From Hamiltosporidium tvaerminnensis FI-OER-3-3 (Eukaryota; Fungi; Microsporidia), in contig JAKIMF020000011.1 of NCBI GenBank assembly GCA_022605425.2, forward strand, positions 186,001 through 250,000: DNA of 64,000 nucleotides, written 5' to 3'. This document shows positions 51,214 through 61,959 of the stretch, in pieces. The notes below the pieces were generated by a model, which saw only the letters and a program-made list of their open reading frames with translations, was not told the DNA's origin and ran no database searches. Each line of letters starts with the position of its first letter. Within the stretch, counting starts at the first letter, position 1. The position numbers were made by a program, and so were the translations under genes.

Positions 51214-51822
51214 TCAGAGATTTTTAATAAAACGTTGAAAATCTTCTATATTTGCCTTTTCTAACAATTCTTTCAATTCGTTTTTATAAACATTATTTCT
51301 TATTTCTTTATGTTCCATCATTTTGTACAAATCCGTATTATTTTTGCCACAATTACTTTTTAAAAAAGTATCTCTCATTTCACTAACACTTTGAACATAA
51401 TTTACCATTTTTATAGAACTATCAAGAAGATTATCCATTTCCTTTTCAATCTTATTAATTTGTAAATATTCATTATACTTATATTTTTGAATATCCAATT
51501 TATTCTGTAATATTTGTTTCTCTCGTATTATATTTGTCTCTTCTTTTACCAACATTAAATATTCATTAATTTTTTTTTGTACATTTTCTTCGATTCGTAA
51601 ATCCGTAATTTTTCTTTCAAATTTGAATGACACAGGAAATCTAAAAACATTTCGTAAAACAAAATTTTCAAAAATATAAAAATTTTTTTCAAATAATTTT
51701 AATGTTTCTTCATCTGCGTTATTCTCATTTAAAGTTTGAATTATATTTTCTTTGAGTTCTTTTATAAAACAAGAAGGAATAAAACCAAAAAATTCTATTT
51801 CATCGGTTTCTATTGAATGCAT
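51214..51822 (-). CDS. MIS12: Kinetochore protein Mis12/Mtw1 family
   Basis: EFFGFIPSCFI and FEKNFYIFENFVLRNVFRFP match Mis12 motifs; coiled-coil C-terminus. Confidence 0.8.
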   Translation of the reverse strand: MHSIETDEIEFFGFIPSCFIKELKENIIQTLNENNADEETLKLFEKNFYIFENFVLRNVFRFPVSFKFERKITDLRIEENVQKKINEYLMLVKEETNIIREKQILQNKLDIQKYKYNEYLQINKIEKEMDNLLDSSIKMVNYVQSVSEMRDTFLKSNCGKNNTDLYKMMEHKEIRNNVYKNELKELLEKANIEDFQRFIKNL

Positions 51823-52899
51823 TTAAGGACAAAATTATTTGGAAAATAAATAAAAATACTTTGAATGTAAAAAAAAAATGGAAGATTTAAAAATATTTAT
51901 TTAGGTAGGAGATTGGAAAGAAATATTTTATTACGTTTGATTGTTAGATTAAGAAATATATTTGAAAGTGAATAAGAATTGAATCCAACAATTAAAATTA
52001 TAATTAAATTCAATTTATAAAAGAAGAAAATTAAAATATTTTTTAAATTACAGAAGAATTAAATCAAACAATTAAAATAATAATTAAATTCAATCTTAAA
52101 TATTTGAAAATAAACTTTTATCAAATTTTTAAAAATAATTATCAAAACTAATTTACAGAAAATAAAAAAGAAAATATTTATTTTTACAAATATTTAAAAA
52201 AACCAAACTCAGTATTTGTTTGATTTTTTGTAAGTTTAAATTATTTTTTATTAGAATTTTAAATTTCGTTACCTAATATTTTAGTATTTATCTTCCTATA
52301 TAACGTATATTTCTCAATTTAATCTTATCATTTAAAAATATGAAGAATTATAGTAAATCTCTTTTTTTTTTAATGTATCGACATATAATAATATCTTCTA
52401 ATTTATATTTGAATTTGTGTATAAAAATAATATTTTAGACCAAGTCATAAGAAATAGTTTTTATTCTTTTAATTTTATGCGTTTAATATATTCTTTTATT
52501 CTCAGTAGTACTTGTAGCTTTTTATTTATATTTCTGAAGTATTTTAGTAGAATTTATTACAATTATATTCTTTGGAATTATTTAAAACTTAATTGCTTAA
52601 TAACTTAGGTATTTCTACTTACAAAGTATATATTTTAAGTTTACTTAGTTTATAAAACAGAATAGAACATAATTTTTATCATTTTAAAATTTTTTATTTA
52701 ATTTCTTATCTAAATTAAATATATCAAATTTATTATATTAAATAATTAGACTAATTTGATCTGTAAATTTGCTTATGAAAAGTTTGTTTCTATTATAGAA
52801 TATATAAATCTGTAAAAATTAAATTCTTTGAATGTAATTCAAATGCTTGATTCACTTATAAAGAACAGAATATTTTAAGAATTTGAATTAATTTAAAAG

Positions 52900-53614
52900 T
52901 ATCACATCTTTTTAAAATAGTGGCAAGTGTTATATTTGTTTTTATGACATTAACGCAGTTCTAGGTTTAACATAAATGACTGCTACCCCAACACTCCATC
53001 GGTAACCCCAGCGATACCTACGTCCCAAAGCTTTTCATTTACCAGGTGTGTAGAACCTAATTAATAGGCGAGGCAGTTGCCCGGAGTTCGTTAATGTCCG
53101 TTGCATGGAGTGTGATCGAAGGCCGAAGCCCCCCTAAGCTCCCCCAAGACTATGCAGCGTTCCCAAGTACTCTACACTTTATGAATCCAATAAACTTCTA
53201 GCTAAGATATATTCCAGAGATTTACATGGGGTCTACCTAGACAGTGCAATGTCATACCAACAGGTATAACCTGCTACTTAGCTTTCCTGGCTTTTAATGG
53301 TTTTTTGTTTTGTATCTGCCAGGCGCTAAGTCTTCTAACCCGAGTAAGCAAGGCTAGGTTTCCATGCTTTTACATGGCAATTACCTACATGTTCAGTTGC
53401 GGTCTGCAATCTGGTTACATAAAAAACTACAAATAAATTTGTAGAAAAAGTTTCTCCATTTCTTAGACCTCTTCTCCTCATAAAAACTCCCATGGAACAA
53501 CCGAAGATGTAGTGTGGTTTTATTCCCACCAAAAATCCAAACAATGATCTCACACCAGTTTCACACACTCATTGCCAAGCAGAAAGTTTTTTATGTGGTC
53601 ATCCTCGCTCCACA
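52900..53614. repeat. Dispersed ~715-bp element, copy 2 (GC-richer)
   Basis: Direct repeat of 42602-43320; two C-UUCG-G hairpins and long stems on the minus strand. Confidence 0.9.
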
Positions 53615-55065
53615 GTTTTAAGAATTTAAAAATAAATTATTTTTTTAAAATTATAATTTTCAAGATTTTTGGTTAAAAAATCTTAATACAATTAATATTT
53701 TAAATATTTCTTTAAATTCTATTTTTAAAATTATATTTTTCGAGATTTTTTAACCAAAAATCTTAATACAATTTATCTTTTAAATATTTCTTTAAATGTT
53801 ATTTTTTAGGAACGAAAACAATATTTATAATTTACTAGCTATTTTGAATTCTTTAAAAAAGTTTTAAGTATTAATTTTAAAGACCTGGCAGGTATATATT
53901 TCTATTAAATACCAACTCTAATATTTTTGTTGGGTTTTTATACAATGATGGGAAAAAAAACCAAATTTATGATTTATGATACAAAAAATCTCAAAATAAA
54001 TTCTATGCTTCTCTAAATTACACTTTAATTTTTGCTAATCTTCCTCTTATAAACAAGGTAAAGACTTGATATTTTTTAAAATTTTAAAAGTTACGGATTG
54101 GTATTGTATTACACCAAATCCTTGACCTTACCTATTACAAAAAGAGAATTTTCGCAATTTATTAGAATTTCTAAAAAAAATATTTTTTTATTGTGGTCTG
54201 TAATCATTTTTCTAAATTAATTTTACTTTTTTTTGCTGGTCTTAAATCATTTTTTTATGGATCTAAAGTCGATAGATGATTCTTCTGTGATTTATATTTT
54301 TTTTATTTCATAAATTTTACCATTCAATTTATTTTTGTTTAAGTATTTGACTCATTTAATGATGCTAAAAATATATCTATGAATAAAAAAAATTAATTTA
54401 TCCTTTTATTGATTATTACAATTATTAGTCATTGAAAGATTTGGAGAAATTAAATTTGCGAGTCCTCTAAATTAGAATTTATTAGTTTATCAATTATAAT
54501 GAATAATTAATATTTATAAAGTTTAGTTTAAAAGTATTTGGAATAAGAAAGATGTTGGCAAATGAAATTTAATCTTTTATTTCAAATTAATTGTTCGATA
54601 TTATTTTACGGAATGACTTTTTAAGTAATAATTTGAACTACAAAATCTAAGATTTATATTTTTTTAAATACCTTTACATCTTTTTCTTTAAAATAATTGA
54701 ATCATTTAACTTTTATTTGAGAAAAAGGTTTGACTAAAATGTATACTAAGTTGGTTTGTATGGATATATCGTATAATTAGTATAACGAATGTTAAAAACA
54801 CGACACATGTTTCACAATTTAATAAATTGTATTTCTTTAAATGGAAATAAAATTAAAACAAATTTTGATATATTTTTTGTGTAGGTTTTTATAACCGAGA
54901 AACTCTATTTCGTTTTTTGATAGGTTTGCAGATATTTTAGTGTTTTTTTTAATTTTTGTTCTTTGTTTCAAAACCAGTTACATATCTAAGATTTCAATAG
55001 TAAAAAATGTAAAACGGTGTTTTAAGAATGGGAGATTTTAAAAAGATATTTCGCAACAAATAAAC

Positions 55066-55953
55066 ATGCTTATCGCATACATATGTTTAATTCGTACATT
55101 ATCTACGGATGTTCTGAATACACCTTTAAATATTACATTGATATCAAGTGACCAGGTACTAGCAGCATATGAAAAGCAGTCGATTGTATTTACTGAAAAA
55201 GAAAAGTTCAAAAATATTGATTACGACGGTCTGTCGTCGATAGAAAAAAATGGAAATTTATATCGTTTAAGATTTAACAAATTGTTTGTTTGTATTGATG
55301 GAAATACTAAAGAATTGTCGCTGTGTCCTTCAACGTCTTTGTATACCAAAGATTTTCAAATATTTCGGGTTGGTAAATGCACGGTGATATCTTCAGAATC
55401 TAAATGTCTAACTGTTCTTAAGAACGAGGTTTTTCCTTTTAAAAATACATTTAAAGGCCATTTTATGTCGTGTATACCTAATGATAAGCAACAGTGCTTC
55501 GACTTTAAGCACAATATGTCTGATGAATCAATCAAGTCGAAAAATGAAAGCGATTCTAATGCAAATGAAATGAGTTCGGATGCAAATTCTGAACAAAGTA
55601 GTGAGAACAATACATATGATGATTATACTAAGGGATATAACGAAAAGGATAGTAACCGCCAGAAAAAACCCAAGCAAAAATCTCCCAAACCATTTCCTAA
55701 TAAATTATCATCAACCTTGCCTAAAAAAAAATGGGATATGGATTATGTCAATAAGAATTTAGACGATGCCCATCACCTGGTAGCGAAGACCAACCCAGAA
55801 CTAGATATTTCAACAAAAAGATATTATCCGGAATGTTTCTATGGTTATGACAACATGACAATGTTTTTAAATGATGTAATGCCTAGCTTAAGAAAAATGA
55901 AAAAGAAGTACTGTTGGCATAATATGAATCAAGATAGTTGGCATTTTTCATAA
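55066..55953 (+). CDS. Secreted ricin-B-lectin-like protein
   Basis: Signal peptide; YRLRFNKLFVCID..LSLC, SKCLTV..FMSC..QQCFDF; S/N/E-rich linker and W-rich C-terminus. Confidence 0.75.
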   Translation: MLIAYICLIRTLSTDVLNTPLNITLISSDQVLAAYEKQSIVFTEKEKFKNIDYDGLSSIEKNGNLYRLRFNKLFVCIDGNTKELSLCPSTSLYTKDFQIFRVGKCTVISSESKCLTVLKNEVFPFKNTFKGHFMSCIPNDKQQCFDFKHNMSDESIKSKNESDSNANEMSSDANSEQSSENNTYDDYTKGYNEKDSNRQKKPKQKSPKPFPNKLSSTLPKKKWDMDYVNKNLDDAHHLVAKTNPELDISTKRYYPECFYGYDNMTMFLNDVMPSLRKMKKKYCWHNMNQDSWHFS

Positions 55954-57727
55954 ATTTTATAAAAATAAAATTATATTTCTAAATATTTAATTAAATACTT
56001 ACGTTAAGATTAAAATCAAAACTTTATACTATTTGACTATTAATTTATAATACATTCTTATGAAGAAGTAAAATTTTACTAGTTTATCACCAATTTTTTG
56101 TAAAATATTATAGATGCATATAACATATAAAAAACGGTTATCTTAGTTTCTAATTAAAGATTTATATGAGAAATTATTATTTATAATTATTTCGTGAATA
56201 ATTCTTTAATTAGGAAGCAATCAAACCTTTTTTTATATGTTATATGCATCTATAATATTATATATGCTGCTTAAAGAATAACTATATTTTATTAAAAATA
56301 TTTTTAATATTCAATATCTATCTCATATTTAATTACAAATATATAAATTATTTGATCAATCTTTTAAGATAAGAATATAAATAGATTAAATTGTATGCTG
56401 AAAGGAAAATATAATTTAGATCTAAAATTAGCCTTTTAAAACACATTTGAACAATAACATATACGAAATTAGATTACATTTAAAAATAACATTCGAAGAT
56501 TCGCTATCTTTGAAGTTAATACATTAATATAAATTTATTTAGATAATTTTCTGATTTTTTTTCATATTTTAAATAAAACTTTGTGTTTTTATAAATACAA
56601 CGAGAAACTTTACCAGAAAATCCCAGTTCAAAAATATATTTGTTTAAATTTAATAATATTTGACAAAACAAGTAATTTAGGCACAGAAAAGATAATCTCT
56701 AACTGTACAAAGACCTTTTTTAATCATTATGTTCCTTAGTTCCAAATTTGAATATTTTGAACTTATTTATCAATTTAAAAGATAATATATGTCCCGTATT
56801 TGTTTAAATATATTATAGATTTCTTCATGTTTTTATGATTAAAAATTTCTTCGTATGTTTTAATTTATCCTATTATTGGTAATATTCTATAATAATATCA
56901 TTTATGAGATTTCAGATGTCCCAAAACGTTATACATTTAAATATATTTGGATTGACTTCTTCAACCACAAAATATTAAATTAAAAGGTTCTTAGCACATT
57001 TAGGGAGTTAAACTGATCGTTTAAAAATTTAATACAAAAATATACGATAGATACACTTTTAAATAGTTAAAATACCTTAAAGTAATCAAATCAGAGAAAA
57101 GCACACACAATAATCAATTAGTAAGTTGTAATATGACAGATAATATACACATAAAACCAAACAAATCATAATAAGTAATTCTTACTCCAACGACAAAGAA
57201 TATACCATAATTCAAAATATTTACTTTAGTTTTATCTGAATCGAACTCTTAATTCTATTTCAAAAGCAAATGGATATATTAACTTCTAAAAATTCATTTT
57301 AGGATAAGAAATTATTTATAATTAGATAAAAACAAATTGTCTTTAAAGTCTCTTTAATTCTGTCTAGAATCTTAAAGTCACAACCCTTAACCTTGAGTCT
57401 TTGAATTAATTATTAATATAAATTAATATTGTCATTCTATAATACATTTTTATCCTAAATATAGCAGAACACAGCTTCATCACATATTTTATAGTTTTTT
57501 ATAAATCTATTCAAAGAATCTCTGAAATAGATAAATATTATTTCTAGCTTTATATAACTTTGAATATCTTAAATCTTTATACAACAATTATAAGGATTAA
57601 AACTTATAAATTATCAACTTCTGAGTCTCTCTAACGAAAACCCAGGGTAAAAAAAATACATTTTATATTTTTTAAATCCATAAAATTTAAAATTTTTATA
57701 AATAATTTCTTCCCCTTCAAAAAAAAA

Positions 57728-58114
57728 ATGATGAATCCATTAGCTGCTACATGTAAAGCAATAAACAACGCCAATCGTATAGGAAAAAGAAGCGTATTAT
57801 TACGTACATCCACAAACATGACATCTGCATTCCTAGAACTTATGCTTAAACACCAATATATATCTTCTCTTACCTATATAAACGACCATCGTAATAACAA
57901 AGTTATTGTTTCTCTTAACGGTCGTTTGAATAAATGTGGTGCTATTTGTCCCAACTATAATATCAAAGTTTCTGATGTAGAAGGTTTCCGTAACAGAATT
58001 TTACCTGCTCGTCAGTTTGGACACCTTGTTATTACTAGTACTAAGGGTGTTATTGATCATAATACTGCTATACAAGAACATACAGGTGGCAAGGTATTGG
58101 GATTTTTCTATTAA
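57728..58114 (+). CDS. RPS22: 40S ribosomal protein uS8 (S22/S15a)
   Basis: INNA..GKRSVLLR, LNGRLNKCGAICP, LPARQFGHLVITSTKGVIDH, GGKVLGFFY. CCCC motif upstream. Confidence 0.97.
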   Translation: MMNPLAATCKAINNANRIGKRSVLLRTSTNMTSAFLELMLKHQYISSLTYINDHRNNKVIVSLNGRLNKCGAICPNYNIKVSDVEGFRNRILPARQFGHLVITSTKGVIDHNTAIQEHTGGKVLGFFY

Positions 58115-59149
58115 AGATTTCTTTTATTTATTTCTCTTTTCTATGCTTTCCATCCTTGCTTTTTATATTTATTATTTCCTCTTTTATTTCTTTTCTTCTT
58201 TCCTTGTTTATGCTCTTTTTTCTATAATTTTTTTATTATGATTTCTATTTCTATAATTTATTTTATAAATTTTCATGGTATGATTTTCTCTTAACTTATA
58301 ATTCTATTTCATAACTTATATTTCTATTTCTTAAATTTTATTTATATTATTCTTAGCCTATAATTTTTATTTCTTGAGTTCATATTTTATGATTTTATCT
58401 TAATTTCAATTTTGTTTCAATTTTTTAATGAAGAAAGAAAAACTTAAGATTTCAAGAAAGTGAAATTTATTAAAAAAAATCATAAGAAATATAAAGAGAA
58501 ATGAATTACTAATTAATAATTATAAAATATTAACTGAATTTGGTTTCTCAATCCTTACTTTTCATTATAAAATAAGATTTAAATTTACATTTAAAATAAA
58601 TTTATTATTCTTCTATTGTTTTTAATAACAGTATTTAAAGAAGACTTGTTTAAGCCTGAGAAATATACAAACAAATTAACTATATCTATAAATCGAATTA
58701 ACATATAACATTATTAAATACCGAGTTTTTTTCTTCTTGCTTTATTTTGGTCTATTTTAAATTTTTCTTTGTGTTTGATTGTTGCTTAATTTTAGATATT
58801 TTACATATTTTGATTTACATATTTTATTCAATGATTTTGTATTTTTTTGTTTAAGATCTTCTCTTCCGTGACTAAGTTGTAAATTAAAGAAATATATTAT
58901 TCGATAAACTTCTATTACAGGAATATATTCTTATATATCCTCCCCTGTTCTCGTTTGAAAGCGTTGCAACTAGTCCCAATCTCTTCTTTGGTATAAAGAA
59001 GTAGTTTAGACTGTGTTGAGCACTTTGATTGTATAATTTCCTTTATTCTTGTACTGATTTTGAGATTCTGAAGGTAGATTTAGTGATATTTTGTTTTGAT
59101 ATCCATCTAGAGCTTCAAATTCATGGCTATATACTACTAATAAATAAGA

Positions 59150-60150
59150 TCATAATCCTTGATAAATAAGCTACCTGATTAAATTTCCTTTCAAAAATTT
59201 TCGAAGAATTTTTCAAAGTAGTAACCAGCAAAAAAGTGTAATCATATTAAATTTAGCGCAAAAAAACATATTTGATTTTTGATCTCGAATTTCTGCATCG
59301 GGTTTTCCTGTCTTACAATCTTTTTGCTGGATACTTATTTTCAAGGATTTCTTGTAGTGATAGCTCTTAATTCGTTTTGTAGATTTAAAGTTATATATCT
59401 CATGCGCAGGTAAGAGTATATTGCGGTGTTATTTTGTCGTCTAGTAAATTCATCGTCGATATTTTTTTCATATCCAGTTGCCAAACGCATCATCGCTTTT
59501 CCAAAGTTTCCATGATGTAACATGTTCCTTTAACCAACTGAAAAGTATTAGTATACGTAATATGACATAAATTATCTTTTCAGATGCCTAGTTTTATTTT
59601 TCTTTTGAGTTTGTGAGAAGCATTTACACTTAAAAACGTCTATTTACCTCATTATATAACTTTGAATGCAATCTTATATTTAATTTCTTATAATATTACT
59701 TAATAAGCTTCTTAGATTTTCCGTGTAATAACTTATTTTATCAATATTTTATTCGAATAAAGCAAATACTAGTTTAAAGTATATTTTTCATCATTTTAAA
59801 CAGCGAGATCCTACTCTCTAGTTAATATTTCTTGATTTGTTTTCAGATGTTTACCAGTCTACTGTGAATGTCCTTCCCTATTCAACCCAAAGAAAACTAC
59901 TTAAAAATTGAAAACTAGATCTATACAGAGTTATTTATATCCCAGACCAAAACGTACCTTTTTCTGCACCTCTTTCTGCAGGCATAGAATCATCTAACTT
60001 AAAGAAATCATCTTTTATAAGTCTAAATAATCACACGAATTAATTACTAACGATGTGCATCTTTATTACATTTCATGAAAATTTTTCGAGTTTCAAATTT
60101 GGTTCGACGAGGTTTTTCAACACTCGTTGGATAATAACGATTCGGGTAAC
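59150..60150 (-). mobile_element. Old degenerate copy of the RLE-type retrotransposon
   Basis: ORF 59341-59523 GKAMMRLATGYEKNIDDEFTRRQN resembles GKTVDHLATRCEKMLGHDYTRRHN. SLQEILENKY resembles SVQEILDNEY. GATTTCTTTAAGTTAGATGATTC resembles GACTTCTCTAAGTTAGATGATGC. Confidence 0.78.
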
Positions 60151-60854
60151 AACCAGTATGTTAATTAAAGAAATCTTTGAAATTTAAACTAAATTATATT
60201 TCTTTGACATATTTCTGGATATAAAGAGTTAAATCATGATTTAAGTATACTAGACTGTGAATATAATGTATATCTTGAATGAATAACTGTACGGAGAGTT
60301 TATATATCTTTATATAAGAATCATACACAGAATTCAAAGTTTTCAAGTTTGTAATATAAAATTCATATGCGTGTTTCAAGAGAAGAGCGGTTTATGAGTA
60401 CATATTACCCCTTTCTACTAGAATTAATAGATTAAAAACCCAATATTTTCATCTCATACTTTTTGAAGAAATTAAAATTATTTAGTTCATTTATTCATAT
60501 AACACTGTTATTAATTTACCCGAACATATGATTCGTATTAAATAATTATAGAAAACAAAACGAGAAAAGAGAAGGAATAAATAGTAAAAACAAGAAAATA
60601 AATTCCAAATATTATATGTATGGTATTATTTTCCAAAGGAATATTGCAAGAATATAAAGTTAAAAGATAGTAAATTATAAAATTAAAGTTTTTCACCAAT
60701 TTATAAAAACAAAATTGTATTTTATTTAACTTAAATTTTATTGAAGATAATTTGAACTCAAATATCTTTTTTTACGTTATTTTATAAATTCAATTTTTTT
60801 TATTGTTAACGATATACTATTACTATTAATTGGAATGATATTGGTATTTCTTTT

Positions 60855-61616
60855 TTAAGTAACTCTGGTTTTTTCATCTGCCCATCTCAATGGTATTCCG
60901 TGATGGTAGGCATGGAAAGCCCATGTAGAGTGTCTATCAGATGGATGATACGAATAAAAGGTATAAAACGCTCTGTTAGAGGTTTCACCAACGAGATGTA
61001 CATGTGAGTTGTGGTGTCTGGCTGTATCCTGATCAGTGGTATAATTTGGATCTGATTTATGTTTACCGAGATGTTTAAGATGCTCCTTTTCCGTACGTTC
61101 TATAAGTTCGGGGTTTTCGCTCATATTACTGTGGTGGTGATGATGATGATGATGATTTGTTTCGCTTGGGTTAGAAATATGTTCCTTTTCTATTTTTCTA
61201 TCGTGAAGTTCGTCAGACTTGGTATGATTGTTTCCTTTAATACGTAAGAGTTTATCAGTAATTTTTTCAAACTTATCGTACTCTCCACATTTAAGAAAAG
61301 CCAGCCCAGTACGATCAGCAGCAAGACATTTATCATTTAACATAAAAGTGACAGTACCATCATCATTCCGTATCATAAGAACTGCTGTACCATTTGGTCC
61401 AAATATAGCAGCACTATTCTTTTCAGTCAAACAACCAGCCGAACTGCACAATCCTACTTTATGTGTACCTTGTTTCTCTAAATGGAAATGCAATGCGTCT
61501 TTCTTTTTTACCAGACCCGGTGTCTTCTCATACACACCAATATATTCTGGATGGTTTAATCTTTTCAATCTAAATTTTATGAACAAAAATCCCGGTATAA
61601 AAAGAAATATTAGCAT
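60855..61616 (-). CDS. Secreted ricin-B-lectin-like protein with His-rich tail (possibly PTP6-like)
   Basis: Signal peptide; LCSSAGCLTE, NDKCLAAD..FLKC; tail with HHHHHHHH and many further His. Confidence 0.7.
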   Translation of the reverse strand: MLIFLFIPGFLFIKFRLKRLNHPEYIGVYEKTPGLVKKKDALHFHLEKQGTHKVGLCSSAGCLTEKNSAAIFGPNGTAVLMIRNDDGTVTFMLNDKCLAADRTGLAFLKCGEYDKFEKITDKLLRIKGNNHTKSDELHDRKIEKEHISNPSETNHHHHHHHHSNMSENPELIERTEKEHLKHLGKHKSDPNYTTDQDTARHHNSHVHLVGETSNRAFYTFYSYHPSDRHSTWAFHAYHHGIPLRWADEKTRVT

Positions 61617-61959
61617 AGTAAATTATAGAAATTATAATAAATAGACTTGAATTTAACCATGAAACAGTTTCAAGATAAAACATTTGATATCAACGTGTTT
61701 TAATTTTATTGTCTAAAAGAAATTACGTGTTATTTATAGTTAAATTAAATTGTTTTTGTTTTATTAATTTATCTGATTTAGTTTATAATCATAGATGTTT
61801 GAATCTGCGTTTCTTTTTCATATCTTAGATTTTAATAATTCAATTCCGAATAGACTTTATAAGTAAATTTAATCTTAAGAATTCTTATCTTACGATTCGA
61901 ACTTTATTTTAAAATTATTTAAGAAATTTAAAATATAGAATCTTTATTAAAAAATATAT

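Noticed and set aside
53095-53240. Group I intron-like P/Q/R/S words (TTGCATGG, TATGCAGC, AAGATATATTCC, CAGAGATTTA)
   Set aside because: The S-like word precedes the R-like word, no P7 pairing can be built, and there is no host exon.
43066-53568. Twin ORFs MCETGVRSLFGF... (43066-43272, 53335-53568)
   Set aside because: Non-ATG starts, different stops, and wholly inside the 715-bp repeat; no protein motif.
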